This document shows positions 42,582 through 53,016 of a stretch of DNA of 64,000 bases, one piece after another (position 1 is the stretch's first letter; each line of letters starts with the position of its first letter). A program made the translations under genes and the position numbers. The DNA is taken from positions 128,001 through 192,000 of the forward strand of contig CAXXSL010000008.1 of assembly GCA_963675525.2 (NCBI GenBank). Direction: 5' to 3'. This DNA is from Anaerohalosphaeraceae bacterium. Lineage in GTDB: Bacteria; Planctomycetota; Phycisphaerae; Sedimentisphaerales; Anaerohalosphaeraceae. The notes beneath the pieces are model-generated. The model was not told where the DNA came from and ran no database searches. It saw only the letters and a list, made by a program, of their open reading frames with translations.

Positions 42582-43397
42582 TTACGGTGTATTGTAACAA
42601 TCACACAGCCATTTCTCGGCCAGCCATTGCAGGTCAGCAAGGTCACAACTGCCGCTACCGTCAATATCTCCGACAAGACCGCTTTCAGTCAGGCCGTAAT
42701 CAAACGCCATCGCCGCAAAGTCCGCCAAGTCAATAAACGAATCATCGCCGGCGATATCCGCCTTGTCGCAATCAACATTGGTAATCAATGAGGCGGTAAA
42801 TGTAAAAGCGTAATCGCCGGGCTGACCGGTGATGGAATTAGACGAGCGGAAAAGCTGCACCAGGTTTTCCCAATTGCCGTAATTCCAATCAACAGTGTAT
42901 TGAATCGTAAACCGGTTGCCATGGACATTTTCAAATTCATCAACCGGTCGAATATCATCCGAATAGGTATCCAGGTATAAAAATTGAATCCAAGGACCTC
43001 CGTCAACAGAATAACGTCCTGTAACAGTGCCGGCATCCATATGGACATAGGCCCGAGAGGCAATACTGACATCATCCAGCAGCGCACCCTGTTCGGCCAC
43101 AAAATCATATTGAAATACAGCCAGATCACCAAGTTTATTTGTCTCGGTATAGTAGCTGGCGTACGCCCCGGTGGTATCCTCCTCAACAAACTCCGCATCG
43201 CCGGAAACACCCAAATGCGGATCATCCCCATACTGGCGAAAATTGTGTTGGTAGGTAAACGCCGGGCCGTAACAAACAATGTCCTGGCTGGCACGCGATT
43301 CAAGATCAAGCGTGACCGTGACCGCAACCGCAATACTGCCAAAGCCAAACACGAACACACACAGAAACATCTTCCAGTAAGTCATGTTTTTCATCAT
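42582..43397 (-). CDS. Secreted beta-rich protein with C-terminal dockerin-like module
   Basis: Signal peptide; ADIAGDDSFIDLADF...GDIDGSGSCDLADLQWLAEKWL; start placed at ATG with GGAGGG RBS; GTGACA-N17-TATAAT upstream. Confidence 0.8.
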   Translation of the reverse strand: MMKNMTYWKMFLCVFVFGFGSIAVAVTVTLDLESRASQDIVCYGPAFTYQHNFRQYGDDPHLGVSGDAEFVEEDTTGAYASYYTETNKLGDLAVFQYDFVAEQGALLDDVSIASRAYVHMDAGTVTGRYSVDGGPWIQFLYLDTYSDDIRPVDEFENVHGNRFTIQYTVDWNYGNWENLVQLFRSSNSITGQPGDYAFTFTASLITNVDCDKADIAGDDSFIDLADFAAMAFDYGLTESGLVGDIDGSGSCDLADLQWLAEKWLCDCYNTP

Positions 43398-43608
43398 ACC
43401 CTCCACATTTTCATAAACATCCACTTAATAGGGTATTATACTGAAAAAGTCTTGTTTTGTCACGTTTTTTGTTGAAAAAACACGTTAAATATTGGATGCC
43501 AGACCGTAAATCCCTCCTCCGATAGTACCTCTCCGGCCTGCCTGTAGCATTCATCAACACATCCAGCCAGTTTTTTCTTTATCCTATCTTTAATTCAGGT
43601 CTTCTGCC

Positions 43609-43637
43609 TTGACAATATAGGGATATCTAACTATACT
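43609..43637 (+). promoter_or_regulatory. Near-consensus sigma70 promoter of the lyase cluster
   Basis: TTGACA-N17-TATACT. Confidence 0.75.
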
Positions 43638-43711
43638 AGTATTCACAATTGTGGGGGCAGTGCATGCTCGCCGGCTTTGTTAAGCTATTTTTGGGTTTTA
43701 GGGGTAAGGGT

Positions 43712-46700
43712 ATGGTGAATAAGGCTTTGTGCGTACTTTTTACGCTGTTTCTGGGTTCACTCTCTGTCGCTGACGCACTCCAGGATGATATCGTAACGGT
43801 CGGTCTTTGGCATATGGAGAGCATTTACTACACGGCGGAAGACATCCCGATGACTGCCGACGATGATACCTGGAATCCCAGCCGTAATCATGATCTGGTA
43901 CTTTTCCGCTCGGGGCTGAATGAAACCCCGCCAACCGTCGTATCCGGCTATGCCGGAAACGCCCTGCTCTTCGAGGGCGGGCAGTTCTCCAATTGCCCTT
44001 CATTCTGGTCATCATCCTATAATGAGATCGTCGTCGATTACATCATCTATATTTCGGCGGTTCCGACAGAATTGGGGGCAGCAACGACATACCTGTTTTC
44101 GTCATCCGTTTTTGAGATGGGCCTGTGGCCCGGTTCCAGCGGTGCGACCAGCGACTTTATGCGGTTTAAAATCGTCCTTAGTTCCGGCGACCCCCTGACC
44201 CCTGAAATTGTCGTCGGCGACCTCAAGGACCGCTGGCTTCATATCGTCGGCTCCTATGACAGCAGCCGGAATTTCGTTTTTTCCATTACCGATACCACCA
44301 CCGGCATCGAACGATTAGTTACCGGCACCGGCAGCTATTCCCTGAAGGCCGCCTCCAGCGATATCACGTTTGGTTCAACGTCGCCTTCTTTGGGCAGCAA
44401 GCCCACGAATCGAAATTTTCGCGGGATGATTGATGAAGTTAAAATATCCAACAGTACGGATGTCCCGCATTATGCTTACAACCCGATTCCTGCTGATAAT
44501 TCAACCATCGTCGAAACACCCGACGTACTGGCATGGTCTCGGGGTTTGGTTGCAGAAGCCAGTGATGTTTATTTCGACGATAATCAGGCCGCTGTAACGA
44601 ATGCACTGAAACTAACCGGCGACATCGATGGCAGCACAACCGTTGACCTGCAGGACGCCGGACACATGGCGGCAACATGGCAAAACACGCCTCAATATCC
44701 GTGTGCGGACCTGGACTTTAGCGGGCTGGTTGACATGACGGACCTGCTAATGTTGATTGACGACTGGCTGGCGCCTTCGGACCCGATCTTTCTGGGCAGC
44801 ACGCCCAACGCAGCAATCACAAATCCTGATGCATCGGCCCTTAGTCCGTCTACAACCTATTACTGGCGTGTGGACAGCGCCAATTGCAACGAAATCGAAT
44901 CAGGCAATCTGTGGCAGTTTACGACCGGCCCGGCGGAGGCGACCGAACCTTATCCCGAAGACTACCAGACCGCTGTTGCAATATCATCGGATAAAGTCTC
45001 CCTAGAGTGGACACCGGGATTTGGAGCCACGTCATTTGACATTTATTTCGGTACATCCGGTTCTCCTTCTTTATTTACAAGCGTCTCTGCGACTTCGGTT
45101 GACTCACCGTCACTGCAGCCGGAAACAACCTATTATTGGCGCGTGGATTCGACGGGTCCACAGGGAACAACGAACGGCAACAACTGGCGGTTTACCACCG
45201 GCGCAATCGAAGCCATCAATCCGTCACCGGAAGACGAAGCAACCGAGATTCAATATCCCTTCGAGGGTGTTCAATTAGCGTGGACAAGCGTTTTTGAACC
45301 GGACTCTTACGAGGTTTATTTTGGTACACAGAATCCGCCGCCCTACTATGACAGTACAACCGAGATAACCATCATGAGCCCGGCGGTATCGTCGAATACA
45401 ACCTATTACTGGCGAGTGAACTGCATCAGCTCGCACGGCAACGTCACCGGCCCGGTCTGGGAGTTTAAAACGACAACACCGGCTTTCCCGACGGCCGAAG
45501 GTTTCGGACGCTTTGCCAAAGGCGGACGCGGCGGAAGCGTTTACCACGTCACCAATCTTAACGACTCCGGTACAGGCAGCCTGCGCGACGCCGTCAGCAG
45601 CAGCGACCGCACCATCGTCTTTGACGTCGGCGGACAGATTACGCTGTCTTCACGACTGGGCATTACTGCCAACCGCCTGACCATCGCCGGTCAAACCGCT
45701 CCGGGCGACGGGATATCCATTGTCGGCCCTGGTATCTCGATTGGCGCCGATGACATGATTATGCGGTATGTACGTGTGCGATACACGAATAACGCGTCTC
45801 AGGACGACGCCATGAGCCTGAACAACACCTGCTCGAATGACATCTTCGATCATATCTCGACCTCCTGGGGAACGGATGAAGTGTTCTCGATGGATCACTC
45901 CCAAAACATAACAGCTCAGTGGTGCATGATTACCGAAGGGCAAAATATTCTCGGTCACTCCAAGGGCAGTCTGCTCGAAATGCCGGTGCTGTCGATGCAT
46001 CATTGCCTCTATGCCCACAACAACGACCGCAACCCCAAGAACAAAGGCGAATTCGATTATCGCAACAACGTCGCTTATGACTGGGGCTTTGCTCCGTATA
46101 TTGCCGGCGGAGGCACCGGCGCTCAGTGTCATGCAAACTGTGTCGGTAACTACTATATTGCCGGCGACAGTACGACGACCGACGACGGCATTATGGTTAT
46201 TACCGGCAATTCCAACTATCACATGTATTTTGACGATAACCGCATCGATTCGGACCGGGACGGTATTGCCGACGGTGTGGACCTGGGTATTGCGATGCTG
46301 CAGCCGACAGCAATGCCGGATGTTGTTTCGACACCTTATAATTTCCCGCCGGTTGAAACCGATTCGCCGGAGCTGGCCTATCAGCGTGTTCTCTCACGGG
46401 TTGGCTGCTCCATCGTCCGTGACAGCGTGGATCTTCGCATCATCGACCAGGTCGTCAACCAAACCGGCGGTATCATCTACAGCTATGAAGATGTCGGAGG
46501 GCCGGGAACCCTTACCGGCGGTACCGCACCAACCGATACGGATCAGGACGGCATGCCGGATTATTGGGAAGATTCTATCACCGGCCTGAACTCCGCTGTC
46601 GCTGATAATAACGGCGACCTTAACGGGGACGGCTATACGAATCTCGAAGATTATCTGAACTGGCTGGCCGCACCGCACGCTAACGTTGAGAAAAATGAGT

Positions 46701-47641
46701 CTGTCGATATCGACTTGATAAACTACACCAGCGGATTTGATGCCGGCACTTATACGGTTTTTGACCCCGTCAACGGCGGCGTTGTTCTGCTGGGTGACGG
46801 ACATACCGCGCGGTTTACGCCGGACACTGATTTCACAGGACTGGCACAGTTCAGCTATACGATTGACAACGGAACCACGATGACTGAAGTCGTTAGCCTG
46901 CTGGTATCTGACTCGAGCATCATTCCGCCCGAGCCGCTGGCTGCACCGACAGGCCTGGTCGCCATCGGCGGCGATGATCAGGTCTCGCTGAGCTGGAACG
47001 CAAACAGCGAAGCCCATCTGGCAGGCTATAATCTCTATCGGACAACAACCTCCGGTTCGGGTTATACCCAAGTCAACAGCACATTGATCACATCAACCGC
47101 ATACACCGACTCATCGGCCTCCAACGGTACCCTATATCACTATATCCTTACGGCCGAGGGAACAGCCGGAAACGAATCTTTAGCAACACCAGAGATTTCG
47201 GCCATGCCCGAAAATACGGATGCAACCATCATCATCCAGGAAAACAGGCTCGGCTTCTGCAACGTGGATGGCACAATTGACAGCAACAACGCCGGATATA
47301 CCGGAGATGGCTTCGCAAACGGTACGAACGGAACCAGCTACGGCATCGACTGGTCGGTGAATATCGCAACCGCAGGCACCTATACCCTGACATGGCGCTA
47401 TGCCAACGGCACGACGACGGACAGACCCGGTCGTTTGCTGGTAGATGACTCTGTTGCAGTTTCCAGCATCAGTCTTGCCGGCACCGGCGGCTGGACAACG
47501 TGGGACACTGTCAGCCAAACGGTTTCTCTGACCACGGGTGTCAGGGAAATCCGACTTGAAGCCACCACCAGCAACGGGCTGGCCAATATTGATTATATCA
47601 TGATTTCCGGAGCAGACCCGCAACCGGCAAGCTGCCCGTAG
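43712..47641 (+). CDS. Modular pectate lyase (PL1): LamG-like, dockerin-like, 3 FN3-like, PL1, Ig-like, FN3, CBM35-like
   Basis: AFPTAEGFG..KGGRGG.VYHVTNL.DSG.GSLR, IAGQTAPG, DHISTSWGTDE, RNP, DTDQDGMPDYWE. Confidence 0.9.
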   Translation: MVNKALCVLFTLFLGSLSVADALQDDIVTVGLWHMESIYYTAEDIPMTADDDTWNPSRNHDLVLFRSGLNETPPTVVSGYAGNALLFEGGQFSNCPSFWSSSYNEIVVDYIIYISAVPTELGAATTYLFSSSVFEMGLWPGSSGATSDFMRFKIVLSSGDPLTPEIVVGDLKDRWLHIVGSYDSSRNFVFSITDTTTGIERLVTGTGSYSLKAASSDITFGSTSPSLGSKPTNRNFRGMIDEVKISNSTDVPHYAYNPIPADNSTIVETPDVLAWSRGLVAEASDVYFDDNQAAVTNALKLTGDIDGSTTVDLQDAGHMAATWQNTPQYPCADLDFSGLVDMTDLLMLIDDWLAPSDPIFLGSTPNAAITNPDASALSPSTTYYWRVDSANCNEIESGNLWQFTTGPAEATEPYPEDYQTAVAISSDKVSLEWTPGFGATSFDIYFGTSGSPSLFTSVSATSVDSPSLQPETTYYWRVDSTGPQGTTNGNNWRFTTGAIEAINPSPEDEATEIQYPFEGVQLAWTSVFEPDSYEVYFGTQNPPPYYDSTTEITIMSPAVSSNTTYYWRVNCISSHGNVTGPVWEFKTTTPAFPTAEGFGRFAKGGRGGSVYHVTNLNDSGTGSLRDAVSSSDRTIVFDVGGQITLSSRLGITANRLTIAGQTAPGDGISIVGPGISIGADDMIMRYVRVRYTNNASQDDAMSLNNTCSNDIFDHISTSWGTDEVFSMDHSQNITAQWCMITEGQNILGHSKGSLLEMPVLSMHHCLYAHNNDRNPKNKGEFDYRNNVAYDWGFAPYIAGGGTGAQCHANCVGNYYIAGDSTTTDDGIMVITGNSNYHMYFDDNRIDSDRDGIADGVDLGIAMLQPTAMPDVVSTPYNFPPVETDSPELAYQRVLSRVGCSIVRDSVDLRIIDQVVNQTGGIIYSYEDVGGPGTLTGGTAPTDTDQDGMPDYWEDSITGLNSAVADNNGDLNGDGYTNLEDYLNWLAAPHANVEKNESVDIDLINYTSGFDAGTYTVFDPVNGGVVLLGDGHTARFTPDTDFTGLAQFSYTIDNGTTMTEVVSLLVSDSSIIPPEPLAAPTGLVAIGGDDQVSLSWNANSEAHLAGYNLYRTTTSGSGYTQVNSTLITSTAYTDSSASNGTLYHYILTAEGTAGNESLATPEISAMPENTDATIIIQENRLGFCNVDGTIDSNNAGYTGDGFANGTNGTSYGIDWSVNIATAGTYTLTWRYANGTTTDRPGRLLVDDSVAVSSISLAGTGGWTTWDTVSQTVSLTTGVREIRLEATTSNGLANIDYIMISGADPQPASCP

Positions 47642-47682
47642 CGATAGAACAATATCAAAAAATCAAATGATCGGAATACACT

Positions 47683-50370
47683 ATGGCAAACATGAAAAAA
47701 CAAAACCGGCTTTTTAACGTTCTGACGATAACAATGCTGGTGATATGCTCCGGGATTTGTCCGGTCTATGCGGCAGACTATTATGTCAGCCCGACGGGCA
47801 ACGACAGCGACAGCGGTTCTTTGGCTAATCCGTTTGCGACTATCGGCAAGGCTGTCAGCACCGTATCGGCAGGTGATACGATTTATCTGCGCGGCGGCCA
47901 GCACAATTACAGCAGCACCGTCTCCATCTCAAAAAGCGGTACATCGGGCAACCTGATCACCCTACAGGCTTATCAGGATGAAGTGCCTGTGATTGATTTT
48001 ACCGCCACCGGAACCGGCACCCGGGGTATCGATCTCGGCGGCAGCTATTGGCACTTCTATGATTTCATCATTCAGTATGCCGGAGATAACGGACTGTATA
48101 TCGATGGTACAAACAATACAGTCGAATTAATCACCGCCCGCTGGAACGAGGATTCCGGGATACAACTGCATACCGGAGCTGCTGATAATTTGATTTTAAA
48201 TTGTGATTCCTATGAAAATTATGACCCCGGCAATCACGGCGAGAATGCGGACGGTTTTGCCACAAAATTCGGTCTGGGGACAGGCAATATCTTACGCGGC
48301 TGCCGGTCATGGAGTAATTCGGACGACGGGTATGACTGCTGGAATACAACCCCGCCCAGCGAGGCCGTCACCTTCGACCATTGCTGGGCATTTCGAAACG
48401 GCATCAATACATGGGGCGATACGGCTTTTGCCGGCGACGGAAACGGCTTTAAGCTGGGAGCAGGAGTCGGCGCTCATCTGCTGATTAACTGCGTAGCCTA
48501 CGAGAATCCACATCACGGGATCGACATCAATGGGAACACAGAAGGTGTGACGGTTTATAATTGTACCTGCGTTGGAAACGGGGGCACAAATTTTTACTTT
48601 GATGAACCTTCTTCCGCAAACGTACTGCGTAATAACGTGTCACATCTCGGTTCCGTCAACATTTATCCTGAAATTGATGATGCATATAATTCATGGAACG
48701 GTTTCACCCTCGACGACACCGATTTTGTCAGTCTGGACTCGACGGGAATCGACGGCCCGCGCGAATCGGATGGCTCGCTGCCGAGTCTGAGTTTTCTTCG
48801 TCCTTCCACCGGCAGTGCTTTGATTGATGCAGGAATCGATGTTGGATTACCGTATGAAGGTGCTGCTCCCGACCTGGGGGCCTATGAATATACCGGGACC
48901 GACTTCCCACCGGCGGCACCGACGGGACTTGCAGCAACCGCCGGCGAAGGAACAATTACGCTTGACTGGAATGACAACAGCGAAAGTGATCTCGACGGCT
49001 ATAACGTTTACCGTTCGACCACATCCGGCAGTGGTTATGTAAAACAGAATGGTTCATTGTTAAGCACGTCCGACTATACCGACAACAGCGTAACTAACAA
49101 CACGACCTATTACTATGTTGTAACAGCAGTGGATGTCAACAGTAACGAGTCGGGTTATTCAATCGAAGATTCAGCTACACCCGGTGACTTTACGCCTCCT
49201 GCGGTGCCTGCAGGGGTAACGGCCGCAGCGGATGATAAAATCGTTTGGGTCGAATGGGACGATAACAGCGAGTCCGATCTGGCAGGTTATAACATCTATC
49301 GCTCAATCACCTCCGGCAGCGGATACGTCAAACTGAACAGTGTCCTTTTGACCAGCCCGGACTACAACGACAGCATCGTCGCCAATACAATAACCTACTA
49401 TTATGTCGTTACCGCAGTGGATACATCTTCGAATGAATCGGCGTATTCAAGTGAAGTATCAGCAACGCCAGCAGTGTACGGCGATTTCATAATCAACGGC
49501 ACCGTCGATGAGGAGGACCTGGATTACCTGGTTGGCCTATGGCTGGAAAATGATTGTGGACTTTCCGGAACAGTGGACCTGGACGATAACTGCATCGTGA
49601 ACCTCTACGAATTTTCAGCGTTCGCCCTGAACTGGTTGATCATGGAAGACGACGTAACGCCGCCGACGGCGCCGACCGGGCTGGCTGCGACGGCCGGGGA
49701 CGGAACGGTTTCGCTGGATTGGAATGACAACACTGAAGGTGATTTAAGCTACTACAATATCTACCGGTCGACAACCTCAGGCAGCTATGGTGCAGCGCTG
49801 GCCACTAGTTTGACACAGAGTGCCTTCACCGACAACACTGTCAGCAACGGAACAACGTATTACTATGTTGTAACGGCCGTTGATACATCAACCAATGAAT
49901 CGGACAACTCGAATCAAGATTCGGCAACGCCCGAATCGCCGATCACAAGTATTACCATACAGGAAGACGAAACCGGTTACTGCGGTGTTGATGACGGCGG
50001 CAGTGTTGACAATAACAACGCCGGGTTTACGGGCACCGGGTTTGTCAATACTGAAAATGCCGTCGGTGAAGGAATCAACTGGAGTGTGAATATCAGCACC
50101 GCCGGCACCTATATCTTTGAATGGAGATATGCCAACTCGGGTAATGACCGGCCCGGCAATTTGATTATAAACAGCACAACAGAAGTATCAGGAATCAGTT
50201 TCCCAGGCACCGGCAGCTGGACGACATGGGATACTACGACGGCTGTTGAAGTGACATTAACTGCGGGGGTCAAAGATATACGTCTTGAGGCAACCAGCAG
50301 TTCCGGATTGGCCAATATCGACTATATCATGATTTCCGGAGCAAATCCGCAAGCGGCAAGCTGTCCATAA
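47683..50370 (+). CDS. Modular PL9 pectate/rhamnogalacturonan lyase with 3 FN3, internal dockerin-like module and CBM35-like domain
   Basis: YYVSPTGND, NADGFATK, CRSWSNSDDGYD, GDGNGFKLG, APDLGAYE. Confidence 0.9.
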   Translation: MANMKKQNRLFNVLTITMLVICSGICPVYAADYYVSPTGNDSDSGSLANPFATIGKAVSTVSAGDTIYLRGGQHNYSSTVSISKSGTSGNLITLQAYQDEVPVIDFTATGTGTRGIDLGGSYWHFYDFIIQYAGDNGLYIDGTNNTVELITARWNEDSGIQLHTGAADNLILNCDSYENYDPGNHGENADGFATKFGLGTGNILRGCRSWSNSDDGYDCWNTTPPSEAVTFDHCWAFRNGINTWGDTAFAGDGNGFKLGAGVGAHLLINCVAYENPHHGIDINGNTEGVTVYNCTCVGNGGTNFYFDEPSSANVLRNNVSHLGSVNIYPEIDDAYNSWNGFTLDDTDFVSLDSTGIDGPRESDGSLPSLSFLRPSTGSALIDAGIDVGLPYEGAAPDLGAYEYTGTDFPPAAPTGLAATAGEGTITLDWNDNSESDLDGYNVYRSTTSGSGYVKQNGSLLSTSDYTDNSVTNNTTYYYVVTAVDVNSNESGYSIEDSATPGDFTPPAVPAGVTAAADDKIVWVEWDDNSESDLAGYNIYRSITSGSGYVKLNSVLLTSPDYNDSIVANTITYYYVVTAVDTSSNESAYSSEVSATPAVYGDFIINGTVDEEDLDYLVGLWLENDCGLSGTVDLDDNCIVNLYEFSAFALNWLIMEDDVTPPTAPTGLAATAGDGTVSLDWNDNTEGDLSYYNIYRSTTSGSYGAALATSLTQSAFTDNTVSNGTTYYYVVTAVDTSTNESDNSNQDSATPESPITSITIQEDETGYCGVDDGGSVDNNNAGFTGTGFVNTENAVGEGINWSVNISTAGTYIFEWRYANSGNDRPGNLIINSTTEVSGISFPGTGSWTTWDTTTAVEVTLTAGVKDIRLEATSSSGLANIDYIMISGANPQAASCP

Positions 50371-50463
50371 TGCAAAAATGATTTCAAAAGCGGGAATCTG
50401 AATCAGGGCGATTTTCTGCCCCGGCCGACAATTGGCTGAGATAAAAATACAGTAAAACAAGGC

Positions 50464-52449
50464 ATGAAAGAAGCAGGACATGTGAAAAAGTTATCCCTCA
50501 TCGTCCTATGTGTGTTCTTATTACTGATAAAAGTCTCGACTTCGCAGGCTGAGTCTGTGGCCATCGCGTCTCAGGGTAAATGCGTGTGCATGGATTTGAC
50601 CAACCCCGCCACGGCAGATACAGTTCAGACAGACTCAAGGCTGAAGACTCGCAGTTCAACCAATACCAACTACAAATCGTGGCTGCAGTTTGACCTCAAT
50701 GCTGTTTATGCCGCCAATCCGGACATGAAAGGTCACATCAAAAGCGCGATGCTGACGTTCACCGGAACTGCCGATAACACACAAGCCAAACCATATGTCG
50801 TCAATGGCCTGAACGATGCAGCAGGCATGGAGAATTGGAATCCGGCTAATCTGACATGGAACAATGCTCCGGGCAACAACATCGCAGACTCGTACCTCGA
50901 CCCGTCTGTCACAACGGCGAACCTGTACAGCGGTATTATTCAACCCGGCGACGGCGTGATGGACAGTCATAGCTCGACTGCTCTTGTGTCATTTCTAAAT
51001 ACGGACAACGACGGGCTTGTCACTTTCATTATGACACCCGGCTGGACAGCGTACTTCTACAATGCCGGCTCGATACATCCGCCTACGTTGAAGCTCTCGA
51101 TGACCCCGGGGGCCTATGACAAGACATATTTTGTCGCCACAGATGGAAATGACAACAACGATGGTTCTATAGACCATCCTTTTGCATCAATTCCCAAAGC
51201 CGTAAGCCTTGTTTCAGAAGGCGATGCTATTTATCTTCGCGGCGGTACACACAATTATTCAGCCACTATTACAATTTCCTTAAGCGGAGCATCAGGAAAT
51301 CTCAATACATTGCAGAATTATCAGGACGAGACGGTCGTTCTGGATTTCTCGGCCCAGCCCTATGAGAGTGGTTACAAAGGAATAAACCTGAAAGCCAGTT
51401 ACTGGCATTTTAAGGGGTTTACTGTTCAATACACAGACTCGACTGGGATAAATGTTACAGGATCGCACAATATTATGGAGCAACTGGTTACGCTTCACAA
51501 CGGTGATACGGGACTTGGTTTATCCCATCCGGCTTCTTACAATCAGGTGATAAACTGTGATTCTTTTTTTAATTACGATCCGGAAGAAAACGGACAGGAT
51601 GCCGATGGTTTCGCCGCTAAAGGTCCCACTGATTCTTTGCCGGGTGAGGGTCTTGGCCCGGGCAATGTTTTCCGCGGCTGCCGGGCATGGAACAACTCTG
51701 ATGACGGTTTTGATTTCTGGTGGGCCGGCAATGGGGTTACGGTTGAGGATTGCTGGGCATGGCGCAACGGCGAGAATGTCTGGGGTGACCCGAATTTTAC
51801 TGGAAATGCCAATGGTTTTAAACTGGGACAAGGGGGCGGCGAGCATATATTAATTCGATGCTTGGCCTACGACCATCCTAAAAAAGGATTTGACCTTAAC
51901 CGGTCTACAACAGATGCAACAGGAGTTACCCTTTATAATTGTACCGGTGTAAACAACCTCTATGGAAATTTTTATTTCCCGAGTCCTACGACCGGCGCGA
52001 TTCATGTTTTGCGAAACAATATTTCATATTTGGGTTCAGTATCAATTGGTGGCCTGATTTTCAATTCGCATAACACCTGGAATAGTGGGTTTTCAGTCAG
52101 TGCTGCGGATTTTGCGAGTCTGGACTCGACCGGAATCGACGGCCCGCGCGAATCGGATGGCAACTTACCCAAACTGGCTTTTGTTCGACTTTCTCCGGAC
52201 AGTTTGCTGATTGATGCGGGAACCGATGTAAATGAGCCATATTATGGTAATGCGCCTGACTTAGGAGCATTTGAATATATAAACGGCGATTGCCAACCAG
52301 ATGGAGACGTTGACTGGGCTGATTTGCAGTGTCTTTCCGAAAACTGGCTGGATATCGATTGCGGTTATTGCAGCGGCGCCGATTTCAGCGGCGACGGAAA
52401 AATAAACTTCTATGATTTTGTGATAATGGCGGAGAACTGGCTGAAATAA
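50464..52449 (+). CDS. PL9 lyase with N-terminal DNRLRE/CBM96-like domain and C-terminal dockerin-like module
   Basis: KSWLQFDL..LTWNNAP, DADGFAAK, CRAWNNSDDGFD, GNANGFKLG, ADFSGDGKINFYDF..AENWL. Confidence 0.88.
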   Translation: MKEAGHVKKLSLIVLCVFLLLIKVSTSQAESVAIASQGKCVCMDLTNPATADTVQTDSRLKTRSSTNTNYKSWLQFDLNAVYAANPDMKGHIKSAMLTFTGTADNTQAKPYVVNGLNDAAGMENWNPANLTWNNAPGNNIADSYLDPSVTTANLYSGIIQPGDGVMDSHSSTALVSFLNTDNDGLVTFIMTPGWTAYFYNAGSIHPPTLKLSMTPGAYDKTYFVATDGNDNNDGSIDHPFASIPKAVSLVSEGDAIYLRGGTHNYSATITISLSGASGNLNTLQNYQDETVVLDFSAQPYESGYKGINLKASYWHFKGFTVQYTDSTGINVTGSHNIMEQLVTLHNGDTGLGLSHPASYNQVINCDSFFNYDPEENGQDADGFAAKGPTDSLPGEGLGPGNVFRGCRAWNNSDDGFDFWWAGNGVTVEDCWAWRNGENVWGDPNFTGNANGFKLGQGGGEHILIRCLAYDHPKKGFDLNRSTTDATGVTLYNCTGVNNLYGNFYFPSPTTGAIHVLRNNISYLGSVSIGGLIFNSHNTWNSGFSVSAADFASLDSTGIDGPRESDGNLPKLAFVRLSPDSLLIDAGTDVNEPYYGNAPDLGAFEYINGDCQPDGDVDWADLQCLSENWLDIDCGYCSGADFSGDGKINFYDFVIMAENWLK

Positions 52450-52452
52450 AAA

Positions 52453-53016
52453 TCATTTTATCATCTTCATTGGATAGGTTTTTAGTTCTTTTGCCAGCGG
52501 CTTCGCCCGGCCGTGACAGTATCGATCCAGCCGGGACCAGAAGTTTTTGCTGTGGTTCTTGTGACGGATGTGGCATAATTCATGCAATAAAATGTAATCC
52601 TGCAGGTGCGGCGGAAGAAATGCGATGTTGATATTCAGGCTGATATTGTTTTGGCCGGAGCAACTGCCCCACCGGGTCTTTTGACAGCGAAACGAAGCCT
52701 TTTTGTAAGGCAGGTCATATTTTTTGGAAAAGCGCTCCAACCGGCCAAACAATTCATCCTGTGCCGTATTGAGCTGGTCCTGAGACAACTCCGGCAGAGC
52801 CTGTTGACGTTGCTCAGTTTCCTGAATCTTGCGAAGATGTTTTTGAATCCATGCCAGTTTGGACCGGGCAAATTCCTCCGCCCGTTCAAGGGAAAGCTTT
52901 CCGGGAACCGTCACCGTAACCGCCTGCGTCGAATGGACGGTAACTCGCAAATTCTTTGCCCGCCTTGAACGACGATAAGAAATGTTTACGCCATTAATAG
53001 TACTTTTTCCATTCAT
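52453..53016 (-). CDS. M48/YgjP (DUF45) family metallohydrolase
   Basis: RSRRAK, QKTRWGSCS, YILLHELCH, NHSKNFW; start placed at the ATGA overlap with the upstream stop. Confidence 0.9.
   Translation of the reverse strand: MNGKSTINGVNISYRRSRRAKNLRVTVHSTQAVTVTVPGKLSLERAEEFARSKLAWIQKHLRKIQETEQRQQALPELSQDQLNTAQDELFGRLERFSKKYDLPYKKASFRCQKTRWGSCSGQNNISLNINIAFLPPHLQDYILLHELCHIRHKNHSKNFWSRLDRYCHGRAKPLAKELKTYPMKMIK

Noticed and set aside
50378..50400. GCGGGAATC as another dRS3-like repeat
   Set aside because: Only a half-site with a poor left arm; could be chance
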